Assembly (NCBI GenBank): GCA_028532855.1
Contig: JAQQAL010000044.1
Span: forward strand, 14,334 to 78,333
DNA: 64,000 bases
DNA from: Candidatus Thalassospirochaeta sargassi
Lineage (GTDB): Bacteria; Spirochaetota; Spirochaetia; UBA9216
Direction of reading: 5' to 3'
Below the pieces are notes generated by a model, which did not search any database, had not been told where the DNA came from, and saw only the letters and a program-made list of their open reading frames with translations. Position 1 is the stretch's first letter; each line of letters begins with the position of its first letter. The position numbers and the translations under genes are program-made. Of the stretch, positions 40,489 to 50,599 are shown one piece after another.

Positions 40489-41664
40489 ATGTTGAACTTT
40501 GATTATCAATCCGGAACAAAGGTTATATTTGGAAAAGGGGTTATAGACAGGCTGGGGGAAGAAGCCCTGGAGCTTGGACGCCGGGCTCTTCTGGTCTACG
40601 GGCGTGAAAGTATAAAAAAAAGCGGATTGTATGACAGAATCTGCAGACAGTTGCAGTCTGCAGGAATAGAGTGGGTGGAGCACGGCGGGGTTTCGGCAAA
40701 TCCCATGATAAGTCATGTTCAGGCCGGTGTCGACAAGGCTCGTGAGAGTTCAGTTGATTTTATTATAGGTGCCGGCGGAGGAAGTGTAATTGATGAAAGC
40801 AAGGGTATTGCGGCCGGTGCAGCTAATGATGTGCCCCTATGGGATCTGTATTCAAAAAAGGCTGTTCCTGCAGCAGCACTTCCTGTGCTCGCTGTTCAGA
40901 CCCTGCCCGCGACCTCATCCGAAACAAACCAGGTAGGGGTTGCAACGAACGAAGAAACGAAGGAAAAGTTCGGTCTTCGTCATCCGCTGCTTGTTCCGGC
41001 AAAGGCGTTTATGGACCCCGAACTCACCTTTACAATTCCTTTAAAATATACTGCCTATGCCGGTTTTGATATGATGTCGCATATGCTAGAGGGTTATTTC
41101 ACCTCAACTGCTGATTTTGCCCCTGTTCATGACGGTTTTGCCGAAGGCCTTGTTAAGGCTGTTAAACTCAGTCTGGAGCGTGTGCTGCAGAATCCGGAGG
41201 ATTATGATGCCAGGGCATCTATTATGTGGGCCGGCACCCTGGCCTGGAACGGGATTGCGAACGCTGGACTGGAGGGCGCTAAAATTCCATGCCACATGTT
41301 TGAGCACCCTTTAAGCGGTCTGTATAATGTGGCTCATGGTGCGGGACTGGCTGTAGTAATGCCGGCCTGGCTGGAGTTTAAAAAGAATGATGTGGCTGCG
41401 AGGATTATCAGCTTCGGAGAGAAAATTCTGGATATGAAAAACCTTTCTGATGCGGCCGATGACACAGCAGCTGCCGGACTCGTCATAGCTGAATTCCGAA
41501 GTTGGCTGAAATCTATAGGCTGTCCCGGAACCCTGGGGGAGCTTGGAATAGAAAACCCGGATATGAACGAGCTTGTTAAGCACGCGGAAATTCTATCCGG
41601 GCAGTGGAATATCGACGGCTACAGTAAAAAGGATATGGCCGAGGTATACAGGCTTTGCCTCTAA
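40489..41664 (+). CDS. Iron-containing alcohol dehydrogenase (butanol dehydrogenase-like)
   Basis: TKVIFGKG, GGGSVID..K, TLPATSSE, D..SH..E, H..EH, HGAGL. Confidence 0.9.
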   Translation: MLNFDYQSGTKVIFGKGVIDRLGEEALELGRRALLVYGRESIKKSGLYDRICRQLQSAGIEWVEHGGVSANPMISHVQAGVDKARESSVDFIIGAGGGSVIDESKGIAAGAANDVPLWDLYSKKAVPAAALPVLAVQTLPATSSETNQVGVATNEETKEKFGLRHPLLVPAKAFMDPELTFTIPLKYTAYAGFDMMSHMLEGYFTSTADFAPVHDGFAEGLVKAVKLSLERVLQNPEDYDARASIMWAGTLAWNGIANAGLEGAKIPCHMFEHPLSGLYNVAHGAGLAVVMPAWLEFKKNDVAARIISFGEKILDMKNLSDAADDTAAAGLVIAEFRSWLKSIGCPGTLGELGIENPDMNELVKHAEILSGQWNIDGYSKKDMAEVYRLCL

Positions 41665-41681
41665 TTTTATAGTCAGCTGCC

Positions 41682-43079
41682 TTACACTGAGAATTCTTCG
41701 CGGCTTTTCTGGATCTTCTTGCGACTTGCAAGAATTTCATATGAATAGTCGTCGAAGAGCTGCAGCAGACATTTCTTCAGGGTGTCGTAGCCGAAATTCT
41801 CTTTTGCAATCCTGAAATTGTGTTCAATCATCTTTGTTCTCATTTCCGGGTTATTCAGCACGTCATAAATCTTATCAAGCGCTTCATCTTGAATGATCAG
41901 TTCGTTGTTTTCATTGTAGTTGTCTACTACCTCAATCACGTTGAAATCATGTATTCGGATATCTGTTTTATAAACAAGATAGGTTGATGTTACAACAGGC
42001 ACCTTTGCTGCTACAGCCTCAAGCAGGGCGTTGCCGAAGCCTTCCCATATGGGCAGGTATGTGACGAAGTCTGCGTTCGCCAGCACGTCTCTGTTTGTAT
42101 ACAGTTTCTGGCCCCCTGCGTTGTTTCCGCGGATGGAAGCTACTCTGTCAGAGATGAAATGAAGCGGAACTTCATATGACTCAGCAAGGTTTTTTATCAT
42201 TGCGATATAATTCTCGTCCGGTTCGTCCCCCTGATAGAGGGAGATAATCAGGTGCAGTCTTCGCCTGATCTCCGGATAGCGCATTCCCAGTTTGCCGACG
42301 AAGCGTACTGAGTCTTCAATTCGTTTTCGCTGTACAATTCTTGTTGGTTGAAGCACAAGGATATCATCATCACTGAAACCCAGCTCCTTTCTGAAATCCG
42401 AATTATATTCATCTAACGTCACAGGATTGTCAAAATCTTCACAGTTTGGGATTATCCGGGGATGCACTCGCTTAATAGAGCGGAGAATGTGGGATGCATA
42501 GGTTGAAAGAACAACATGTTCAATGCCTGGAATCTGAGGAGGCATGGTCTTCGACAGTATTGTTTCAATAGCCGAGTTGACAAAGCGGCTTCTTTCCCAC
42601 CAGAAATCGTGATGATGAAAGATCGTCGCAATTCGTTTCTCGCTGCAGAGTTTGTAAACTGCCAGTCCGCCGAGCAATGTCATGGGCATCGCGTTTGTAT
42701 TCTGGGCTACTACTACATCAATCGAGTTTGTCTGTATAAACTCGAAAATGCTGTCGGCGATGTAACTGCTTTTATGGTTCATATCTTCCGCTACAGCCTT
42801 CAGTTTTTCTTCTGATATATAGGTTTGAAATTTGTTCAGATACGGAAAGACCATCTGCTCGTACTCATGCTGATGCGGAGAATCAAAACTGATGTCTTCA
42901 ATCAGGAGCCTGCGCTTTTGTGGTACTGTGTGCAGATTGCTGCAGAATTTACCTGAGATGGCAAAAATTTCATGTCCTTCCGCTGCGAGGATATCTATCC
43001 ATTTCTCGACTTCAAGTGAGACGCCGTCGACGTCGCCGAGTTTTCCTGATATAAAAACAATTCTAAATTTTTCATTCAT
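41682..43079 (-). CDS. GT4 glycosyltransferase (mannosylglucosylglycerate synthase-like)
   Basis: DGVSLE..KW, HHHDFWWERSRF, QPTRIVQRKRIE, YLPIWEGFGNALLE. Confidence 0.8.
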   Translation of the reverse strand: MNEKFRIVFISGKLGDVDGVSLEVEKWIDILAAEGHEIFAISGKFCSNLHTVPQKRRLLIEDISFDSPHQHEYEQMVFPYLNKFQTYISEEKLKAVAEDMNHKSSYIADSIFEFIQTNSIDVVVAQNTNAMPMTLLGGLAVYKLCSEKRIATIFHHHDFWWERSRFVNSAIETILSKTMPPQIPGIEHVVLSTYASHILRSIKRVHPRIIPNCEDFDNPVTLDEYNSDFRKELGFSDDDILVLQPTRIVQRKRIEDSVRFVGKLGMRYPEIRRRLHLIISLYQGDEPDENYIAMIKNLAESYEVPLHFISDRVASIRGNNAGGQKLYTNRDVLANADFVTYLPIWEGFGNALLEAVAAKVPVVTSTYLVYKTDIRIHDFNVIEVVDNYNENNELIIQDEALDKIYDVLNNPEMRTKMIEHNFRIAKENFGYDTLKKCLLQLFDDYSYEILASRKKIQKSREEFSV

Positions 43080-43080
43080 A

Positions 43081-45180
43081 TTAAATCTTGAATCCTCCAA
43101 GTTCTTCCTGCAGTGAGGCTACAACATCTTCGTTCTTTCTAATTACTTCTTTTAGTTCTTCTATCCCGTTGAGTATTTCCCGGTTTCCAAGTTCAAGTTC
43201 TGATGTTGCAGACTGAACCTCCGAAAAGGCGTTAATTGTTTTATTGAGGTTGTCTTTCATGTCTTCATTATTCTGCTGCTGTTCTTCGGACAGTCTGTTT
43301 ATTGATGAAGATGCATCAACAAGCGAGTTGATAGAGTTCAATACTTCATTCGCTCCGGCAGCCTGCTCCTGCATTGCTGACGCAACCTCGCTCATAAGTC
43401 TGGTGGTTTCATCTGTTCTAAGCCCGACATCATTAAGCGCCTGGCCTGCATTCTCTGACAATTTAACACCCCTGTCCACCCTCTCCATTACTATTTTAAT
43501 ATTTTCAGAGATTGTCTTAAGGTTGCCTGCACTGTCGTCAGCCAGATTGCGCACTTCTTCGGCAACTACGGCGAAGCCCCTGCCTGCATCGCCTGCATGG
43601 GCGGCTTCAATAGCGGCGTTCATGGCCAGCATATTTGTAGCGGCAAGAATTTTTGTAATTATCTGTACAAGATTGTTAACCTCGTTAGAAGATTCTTCAA
43701 TATCCCTCACTGCCGTTATGGAATTTGTTACAGCCCGGCCGCCCTGATCGCTTACATTCTTCAACGCTTCTGAAACTTCGTTTGCTTTTGAGGTAACCTC
43801 ATTAACAGACTGAATATTCGCAATCATCTCGGTCATCGCGCTTGATGTCTGTTCGACATAAGCAGCCTGAGTGTTAACATTCTTGTTGATCTGAGATAGA
43901 GAGCTGAGCATATTATTAAGTGATTCCTGTGATGATTTTACAACCGCCTGGTTCCGGGCTGTATTTGAGTTTATCTGGCTTACAGAAGCGGTCATCTCCT
44001 CTGTTGCAGCTACTGTTCCTTCAAGAACCGCACTTACCGCCTTAGTTGCATCAGCTACGGAGTCCGTCTGCTTGGATATATTGCGGAACATTGTCTGCAG
44101 CCTGTCCAGAACACGGTTCAGCTGGTGAGACAATGTCCCGTTATCGTCGGCCTGGACAATAAGAACCCGCTGAGTCAGGTCTCCGCTGCCTTCGGCCATG
44201 TCTGATAAAACATTACGAAGGATTTGTGTCTGGGTATATCTTGCCCGAGATACAATTGAGTCGACTATTGAGATAATTCCAATTGCGAGCAGAATCAGCA
44301 ACAGTATCATTATCTGAATTCTTCCTAAACCCATTTGGGGAACATCACCCTCTGTGCCTGCTGGTTCAATAATTGATTGTTCCTGCATTGTTTTGTGCAT
44401 ACTTTCAAGGGCGTCGCTTGTTCTATCCTGCTGTTCTGATTGGTCTACCATTACCCCGTTTTCGGGAACGGCGGGTTCAAAGACACTGACTTCCTTCACA
44501 ATTGTCATTGCACTGTGAAATAGAATTGCCGCAATGAAGAGGATGGACGCATACAATTGAATCCTGTTCATATTCTTTACAAACCAGCTTTTACTTGTTT
44601 CATCAACTGAATAGATTTTCATTATTGCGCGGGGTTTTATAAGTATACGCTGATACAGGGCATTCTGGACCAGAGCCGCCAGTATAAAAATGCTGACATC
44701 TTTTGCAAGTATTACAAGGCCTTTTGCAATGCCCTCATCAAAGCTGCCGTCAACAGCTTTGATAATAAAGGGTGTAACTAGATTAAGAATAAATATAATC
44801 TGAGCTATTGCTATAGAGCGTCTTCTGGCTGCAAAAAATTCCTCTTCGGAAATCGTATCCCCTGTTTCATTCCTCTTCATGATCCTGTAGATTGGTCTGA
44901 TTAGAATCTGCACAATTATTGCACTCACAACGGCGATGGGGATAAATGACATAAGACTGGTGGACAGGAAGTATAAGAGTAATCCTGTAAAATTGATGTG
45001 GCCTCCGGTACCCTGATAAAGAATAAGATCGATGAGGATCATAACGGTTACCGCAGCCAGGTATGTAAATACCGTGGACATCACCATCTGAATGCTGAAG
45101 CTTTTTGCCGAGGAATTTTCCAGCCTGCTCAGCAGCTCGTCATGCCGTTTTTTAATTTTATTTGAATCAGGAATTTTCAT
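43081..45180 (-). CDS. Methyl-accepting chemotaxis protein with multi-TM N-terminus
   Basis: GDLTQR HAMP, TNMLAMNAAIEAAHAGDAGRGFAVVAEEVRNLA. GAGGAG RBS before ATG 45180. Confidence 0.92.
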   Translation of the reverse strand: MKIPDSNKIKKRHDELLSRLENSSAKSFSIQMVMSTVFTYLAAVTVMILIDLILYQGTGGHINFTGLLLYFLSTSLMSFIPIAVVSAIIVQILIRPIYRIMKRNETGDTISEEEFFAARRRSIAIAQIIFILNLVTPFIIKAVDGSFDEGIAKGLVILAKDVSIFILAALVQNALYQRILIKPRAIMKIYSVDETSKSWFVKNMNRIQLYASILFIAAILFHSAMTIVKEVSVFEPAVPENGVMVDQSEQQDRTSDALESMHKTMQEQSIIEPAGTEGDVPQMGLGRIQIMILLLILLAIGIISIVDSIVSRARYTQTQILRNVLSDMAEGSGDLTQRVLIVQADDNGTLSHQLNRVLDRLQTMFRNISKQTDSVADATKAVSAVLEGTVAATEEMTASVSQINSNTARNQAVVKSSQESLNNMLSSLSQINKNVNTQAAYVEQTSSAMTEMIANIQSVNEVTSKANEVSEALKNVSDQGGRAVTNSITAVRDIEESSNEVNNLVQIITKILAATNMLAMNAAIEAAHAGDAGRGFAVVAEEVRNLADDSAGNLKTISENIKIVMERVDRGVKLSENAGQALNDVGLRTDETTRLMSEVASAMQEQAAGANEVLNSINSLVDASSSINRLSEEQQQNNEDMKDNLNKTINAFSEVQSATSELELGNREILNGIEELKEVIRKNEDVVASLQEELGGFKI

Positions 45181-45264
45181 CCTTAATCTCCTCAATACTC
45201 TAATTATTAAGATAAAGTATAATAATAATATTATTTCAATACAAATGTTTAGTGTAATAATGAG

Positions 45265-45303
45265 AAAAAAGCAGCGGCAGACAATTGATGACCGCCGCTG
45301 CTG
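45265..45303 (-). terminator. Terminator after the Zn-dehydrogenase
   Basis: GCAGCGG...CCGCTGC stem preceded by A6 on the + strand. Confidence 0.65.
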
Positions 45304-45330
45304 TGGAGAGTAAGGTTATGAGACGTTCTA

Positions 45331-46371
45331 CTAAAAAACAACCATATTCTTCAGGCCTTCTCCTCTTGATGAGCGATTGATTGCTGCTTCAAGGTCTTTA
45401 AGTGCAGATTTGGTTGAGATCAGGTCGCTTACCTTTACAAGGTTCTGTTCAATAAGAGAGAGGCAGGTTCTGAACTGGCGCAGGCTCTGCCTGGTCATTC
45501 CCGTTATGGTGAGCTGTTTGTAGTGAATCTCATTTGTGTCAAGTGCTACTTCAGATTTTCCTGCGGGAAGTCCACCGAAGTAATTAATTCTACCGAAGAT
45601 TGCGGCAATCCTCAGGGCTGCCTGCTGTGCAGAGGGGGCAGGGCAGGCGGTAATTACTACGTCAGCGCCCCTGCCGCCTGTTTCTTTCATCAGGTTTTCT
45701 TCGAAGTTGTTGCCGTCCATCGTCAGGAACATGGAATCAATCTCCTTGCACTCAGCAAGCCTTTCGGTGTTAAGATCGTTTATTATTATCTTGCCCGCGC
45801 CGGCCATTTTTGCAAGTTTGGCATGCATAAGACCGATGGGGCCGGCGCCGATAATAACAACACAATCGCCGGGGTTCACCCCGTAGAGTTCAAAAGCGTT
45901 GTATACACAGGAGAAGGGTTCAGCAAGGGCGGCGTCTTCAAAGGAGGTATTGCTGCCAATTTTGCAGATATTTCCCTGCCGTACAGCTTCTGCCGGAATT
46001 ACCATGTATTCTGCGAAGGCACCGGCTATAGTTACCCCCAGGGCTTCCGAGCTTCGGCACATATGTGTGTTTCCTGAAACACATAAATCGCACACGCCGC
46101 AGCCGAGGTTGGGTGCAACGGCTACTCTGTCTCCTGCTTTGTAGGCCGAAATATTGGCTCCTACTTCAGCAATCTCTCCGGCAATCTCATGACCGAGGGT
46201 GAGAGGGTTTGATTCCGACGCTTTCTTGTGGCCGTTTTTGAGCATGCGGACATCTGTCCCGCATATGGCCGAAGCCTTTACCTTTAAAAGAACCTCGTCA
46301 GAATTTATTTCAGGTTTTGCAATATCCACAATCCTGAGATCCTCTTTTCCGAATAATTGTGCAGCTTTCAT
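45331..46371 (-). CDS. Zn-dependent polyol (sorbitol/iditol-type) dehydrogenase
   Basis: AICGTD, GHE, CGVCDLC..G...C, EPFSC, GAGPIG. Confidence 0.88.
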   Translation of the reverse strand: MKAAQLFGKEDLRIVDIAKPEINSDEVLLKVKASAICGTDVRMLKNGHKKASESNPLTLGHEIAGEIAEVGANISAYKAGDRVAVAPNLGCGVCDLCVSGNTHMCRSSEALGVTIAGAFAEYMVIPAEAVRQGNICKIGSNTSFEDAALAEPFSCVYNAFELYGVNPGDCVVIIGAGPIGLMHAKLAKMAGAGKIIINDLNTERLAECKEIDSMFLTMDGNNFEENLMKETGGRGADVVITACPAPSAQQAALRIAAIFGRINYFGGLPAGKSEVALDTNEIHYKQLTITGMTRQSLRQFRTCLSLIEQNLVKVSDLISTKSALKDLEAAINRSSRGEGLKNMVVF

Positions 46372-46398
46372 AATTTCTCCTTACCGGTAATGTTTCGC

Positions 46399-47415
46399 TT
46401 ACAGCGTAACCGGTCTCTTTTCGATGATTGATGTATTACCGGCATTAACTACCTTTACAGCCTCAAGGCCGTCTGTGCCGGTAACCTCGGGGGTGCTATC
46501 CTCAAGTATGGATTCAATGAACTTCAGGTCTTCCAGCTTGTACGCATCAAGAAAGAGATTCTGCCAGCTCTCTACGAAGGGGGTGTTAATGCCCGTAGGT
46601 GAACAGGTCATGACCGAGAAGTTATTCTGTTTTCCAACGAAGATTATTCCTTGAGTTCCGATAATTTCAACCCGTGAATCGTATCCATATTTAACACCCT
46701 GGGCTCCGTCAACAAGACCCTGCATGTCATTTTTGAATCTTACGTTCATAAGAATATTATCATAGAAATCGGGATAGTCTGCAACCGCATCCGGGCAGCG
46801 GTAGTTTCCGGCTATCGAGTATACTTCCTTTATGTAGCTTCCTGCGTACCAGTGAAGGGTGTCGATATCATGACTGCTCACCTCAGCAAGCGGTCCGTTT
46901 GATTTCTTTATGTCGTACATCCACGGGCGCGGTGTGGACGGTCCGTGGGTAACTGATTTTACACATACTACGTCTCCGATTTCACCGGAATCTATCCTCT
47001 CTTTTGCATGACGGAATGATTCGTCGAAGCGTCTCATGAATCCTATCTGCAGCTTTACTTTCGCATCTACGCAGGCGTTTATCATATTGGAGCATTCCTG
47101 CTCGTTCATTGCCATGGGCTTCTCGCAGAGTATATGCTTGCCAGCCGCTGCAGCCGCAACTACAATCTCCTCATGGAATACTGTCGGTGTAACAACGATA
47201 ACCGCATCGATTGATTCGTCCTTCAGCACATCTTTGTAGTCGAGATAATATTTATTGATTCCAAGTTCCTTTACGGCTGCAGCTGCTGCCTCTTCAACCG
47301 GGTCGGACATGGCAGCAATTTCAGCATTGGGTACTGAGCGTGCGAAATTTCTTGCATGTATCATTCCTGCACGTCCTGAACCGATTACACAAACTTGTAT
47401 CTTTCCATTTTTCAT
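46399..47415 (-). CDS. Gfo/Idh/MocA oxidoreductase (inositol 2-dehydrogenase-like)
   Basis: IGSGRAG, CEKP, GFMRRFD, HDID, YGYDSRVE. The AGGAG RBS supports ATG 47415. Confidence 0.88.
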   Translation of the reverse strand: MKNGKIQVCVIGSGRAGMIHARNFARSVPNAEIAAMSDPVEEAAAAAVKELGINKYYLDYKDVLKDESIDAVIVVTPTVFHEEIVVAAAAAGKHILCEKPMAMNEQECSNMINACVDAKVKLQIGFMRRFDESFRHAKERIDSGEIGDVVCVKSVTHGPSTPRPWMYDIKKSNGPLAEVSSHDIDTLHWYAGSYIKEVYSIAGNYRCPDAVADYPDFYDNILMNVRFKNDMQGLVDGAQGVKYGYDSRVEIIGTQGIIFVGKQNNFSVMTCSPTGINTPFVESWQNLFLDAYKLEDLKFIESILEDSTPEVTGTDGLEAVKVVNAGNTSIIEKRPVTL

Positions 47416-47594
47416 CTGATTCTCCTGTTCAAAATCCCTGTCTGGAATTATGTTTAATGATATTTTACTATAAAAAAAAAGAAAATCAATAGCAAACGAA
47501 AGTAAATAACAGATTATACGGCAATATAATAACAAATAATAGTAATTGATGATAATATTCTTTCAAAAGCTTTTTCATTATGCTAATATTGGCT

Positions 47595-48362
47595 ATGTTT
47601 GCTGAAGAACGAAAACAGAAAATACTCGAATATGTGCGCGAGCATAAAAAAGCTACTGTTCAACAGCTATGCGATGCATATGAGGTTTCAAGCGCAACAA
47701 TCAGAAATGATCTGCGCGAACTTGAGGGTTCGGGGCTGCTGCTGCGTACGCACGGCGGGGCAATAGTTAAAAGTAAGGCAAAATTTGAACTTGGTACCAA
47801 TGAGAAAAAGGTTTTGTACAAATCTGAAAAAGCTGAAATAGCCGAAAAGGCACTTGAGCTGATTGAGGACGGCGACACGATTATTCTCGATACAGGGACA
47901 ACAACCCTCGAACTTGCCGGAAAACTCGGGCGCAGGAAGAATCTTACAATAGTAACAAATGATCTTGATACAGCCCTTGTTCTCGACGAAATAGGCATAG
48001 AGCGGGTTATTATGCTCGGCGGTATTTTACGAAATGGATTTCACTGCACCCTTGGAAACAAGGCGAAGGAGTTCCTCGATGAACTTCAGGTTGATAAGGC
48101 GTTCATGGGTGTGAACGGTTTTACCTTTGAAAAAGGTGCATCAACACCAGATTTACAGCATGCTGAAATAAAGAAGGCTATGGTCACAGCCGCGTCACAG
48201 GTCTATTTGATGTTTGACCGCTCAAAGCTCGGCCGCAAAGCCTTTGCTCGTTTTGCAGAACCGCAAGAAATCGACTGTGTGATTATAGATGAAATTGCCA
48301 AAGAAGAGCTCTCCGCCTTTGAAGACACGGGAATTGAGGTTCATGCTGTATCGGTTTTATAG
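47595..48362 (+). CDS. DeoR/GlpR family transcriptional regulator
   Basis: EERKQKIL, VSSATIRNDL, RTHGGA, LDTGTTT, DRSK. Confidence 0.92.
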   Translation: MFAEERKQKILEYVREHKKATVQQLCDAYEVSSATIRNDLRELEGSGLLLRTHGGAIVKSKAKFELGTNEKKVLYKSEKAEIAEKALELIEDGDTIILDTGTTTLELAGKLGRRKNLTIVTNDLDTALVLDEIGIERVIMLGGILRNGFHCTLGNKAKEFLDELQVDKAFMGVNGFTFEKGASTPDLQHAEIKKAMVTAASQVYLMFDRSKLGRKAFARFAEPQEIDCVIIDEIAKEELSAFEDTGIEVHAVSVL

Positions 48363-48408
48363 TTTTCTGGCGGCACATTCTTAGAAAAACGATAAAATCT
48401 TAATTATT

Positions 48409-48449
48409 TGTAATGACATATTGACAACAAGACATAGAAGTTTTATCTT
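48409..48449 (+). promoter_or_regulatory. Operator/promoter copy 1 (TTGACA-N17-TATCTT)
   Basis: TGTAATGACATATTGACAACAAGACAT, 23/27 identical to 54164-54190. Confidence 0.75.
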
Positions 48450-48500
48450 TCAGGCGGACAAGTGGAATTAAAGAAAGTTGCACGTTAAAGGAGTGTTTCT

Positions 48501-49484
48501 ATGGCTAATAATTATACTAAGGCTGAACGGCCTACAATGTATTTTATCGGAGTTACTACCGGTAAGTCTTCAATTATGAAGGTATTTCCCGAATGGGCTA
48601 AATACCTGGAGATAGACGCAGAAATCAAGGGTTTTGATTTCAAACCCCACGACGAACCCGCGAAGTATCTGGAAGCAGTCAGGTTTATCAAAAACGATCC
48701 TAAGTCCGAGGGTGCGCTTGTTACAACTCACAAGCTTGATCTTCTTGAAGCATGCAAAGGCGAGTTTGAAGGACTGGGGCCCTATGCCAAGGAGCTTCGG
48801 GAAATAAGCTCTATTTCAAAACGCGGAAACGAACTATGGGGACATGCAAAAGACCCTGTCACTGTCGGGCTCTCATTTGAAGCGATTGTAAAAGACGGAT
48901 ACTGGAATGAGACCGGTGCTGAAATGCTTATTTTAGGAGCCGGAGGATCAAGCCTGGCGCTTGTAACCTATCTAATCGGCCGGGCGAAAGACGGCCGTGA
49001 TCTTCCCTCAAAAATAATAATCAACAACCGAAGTGAAAAGCGCCTTAATGAACTGAAAAAGCATGCTGTTAAGATGGTAGAAGAAGCAGGTGTGGACATC
49101 AATCTCGGGTTCAATCTCTGTCCTTCGCCTGCGGATAACGATGCAGTTGCAGTTAATCTTAAAGAAGGGTCTCTTGTTGTTAATGCAACCGGGCTTGGTA
49201 AGGACAGTCCAGGCTCTCCGCTTACTGATGATGTTATTTTCCCACAGAAGGGTATTGTTTGGGAATTCAATTACAGAGGCGATCTTGTTTTCCTTGATCA
49301 GGCTAATGCACAGAAAGAAGCCAGGCAGCTTAGTGTTGTTGACGGATGGTTCTACTTCATCCACGGCTGGACAAGGGTAATTGCAGAGGTTTTTCATAAG
49401 GATATTCCGACAGAAGGACCGGTATTCAATGAACTCTGTGAAATAGCCGCACGTGCCGGCTCTCCAACCAATAAAGCCGGATGA
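48501..49484 (+). CDS. Shikimate-dehydrogenase-like oxidoreductase (atypical, sugar-cluster type)
   Basis: FIGVTT.KSSI, GALVTTHK, GAGGS, VNATGLGK, WEFNYRG, DGW.YF. Confidence 0.75.
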   Translation: MANNYTKAERPTMYFIGVTTGKSSIMKVFPEWAKYLEIDAEIKGFDFKPHDEPAKYLEAVRFIKNDPKSEGALVTTHKLDLLEACKGEFEGLGPYAKELREISSISKRGNELWGHAKDPVTVGLSFEAIVKDGYWNETGAEMLILGAGGSSLALVTYLIGRAKDGRDLPSKIIINNRSEKRLNELKKHAVKMVEEAGVDINLGFNLCPSPADNDAVAVNLKEGSLVVNATGLGKDSPGSPLTDDVIFPQKGIVWEFNYRGDLVFLDQANAQKEARQLSVVDGWFYFIHGWTRVIAEVFHKDIPTEGPVFNELCEIAARAGSPTNKAG

Positions 49485-49539
49485 TCATATACTTGTAATT
49501 AGAGGCAGGTTTTTAAGTAAATCTCCCTTGTTAATATTT

Positions 49540-49577
49540 ACCGCATGGTCGGGGATTCCCGGTTGTGCGGTTTTTTA
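49540..49577 (+). terminator. Rho-independent terminator
   Basis: ACCGCATGGTCGGG-GATT-CCCGGTTGTGCGGT + T-run. Confidence 0.75.
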
Positions 49578-49650
49578 TGATAAAATTGATAATATATAAA
49601 AATAGCAGTATATTCTGAGCAGGCATAAAAAAATAAAAAAGAGGGTGCTT

Positions 49651-50163
49651 ATGAATAAATTTTCAAAAATCCCATTTTTTTTAATTATCCTTTCTGCTGT
49701 GGTCATGCTGATATTCTCAGGATGCGGCTTAAATGAAACTGAACAATCAATTGTAGGACTCTGGGGTATCGATTTTGATGAGCTTGAAGAACCGGGCGAT
49801 TCAGGGGTAAATCTCTATTTTGATTTCAGGGACGACGGAACGGTAATCTTGTCGGCTGTCACCGGTATTCTAAACATGTATGGAAATCCGCTTGTACCGA
49901 CACATTTTGATTATAAAGCAACAATCGATACAATTACGATGACTGGTTTTTATGGTTTTGTCGTTATGGAGTATCAGATTGAATCCGGTCCTGTCGATGA
50001 TCAGATGACGATCAGCCTTGTAGCCGTAGATATAAAGCTGCTGCCGATTGATTTGAGCGAAGGCATGGAAACCGGTATAAGTTTTCCGCTTACAAGGATT
50101 ATCGATTACAATGAACAGCTCATGTATGCGCGTGCGTTGAAGGAGGCTGAGGATAATGAATAG
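49651..50163 (+). CDS. Lipoprotein, lipocalin-like
   Basis: Lipobox FSGC, then IVGLW...FDFRDDGT. Confidence 0.65.
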   Translation: MNKFSKIPFFLIILSAVVMLIFSGCGLNETEQSIVGLWGIDFDELEEPGDSGVNLYFDFRDDGTVILSAVTGILNMYGNPLVPTHFDYKATIDTITMTGFYGFVVMEYQIESGPVDDQMTISLVAVDIKLLPIDLSEGMETGISFPLTRIIDYNEQLMYARALKEAEDNE

Positions 50164-50599
50164 AAAGAAAATTCTGATTTATCTGATTCTTATGATAACG
50201 GTTGTAATTATGTTTTCCTGTAGATTTTATCCCGTTGGAGTTGATGTAATAGGTGTCTGGGACGGACAGGCTCAGGGTTTGCTTGAGGACGCTAGTCTTT
50301 TCATCGAATTCAAAGACGACGGAACGGCCAGACTCGCCGGCAGCCTGATGACTGAGACTGGTGAGCAGCAGGAGTATAAGTGGTCGATGACGGATTATCA
50401 TCTGGAGCTATCAGTGACATTTACGAACTTCAAGTCGCTGTATGCCTACAAGTGGGATGCCGATAATCTGACGCTTTACATGCTTGATGATACCGCTATG
50501 ACTCCGGAGTGGGATAATCTCATCCCGGGATATGAGATTGATTTTACGAGGGCTGCCGATGGGGTTACTATTGCCGACCTGGTGTCATTAGAGGAATAG
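50156..50599 (+). CDS. Lipoprotein, lipocalin-like (probable paralogue of the preceding gene)
   Basis: Lipobox MFSC, then VIGVW...IEFKDDGT. Confidence 0.65.
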   Translation: MNRKKILIYLILMITVVIMFSCRFYPVGVDVIGVWDGQAQGLLEDASLFIEFKDDGTARLAGSLMTETGEQQEYKWSMTDYHLELSVTFTNFKSLYAYKWDADNLTLYMLDDTAMTPEWDNLIPGYEIDFTRAADGVTIADLVSLEE

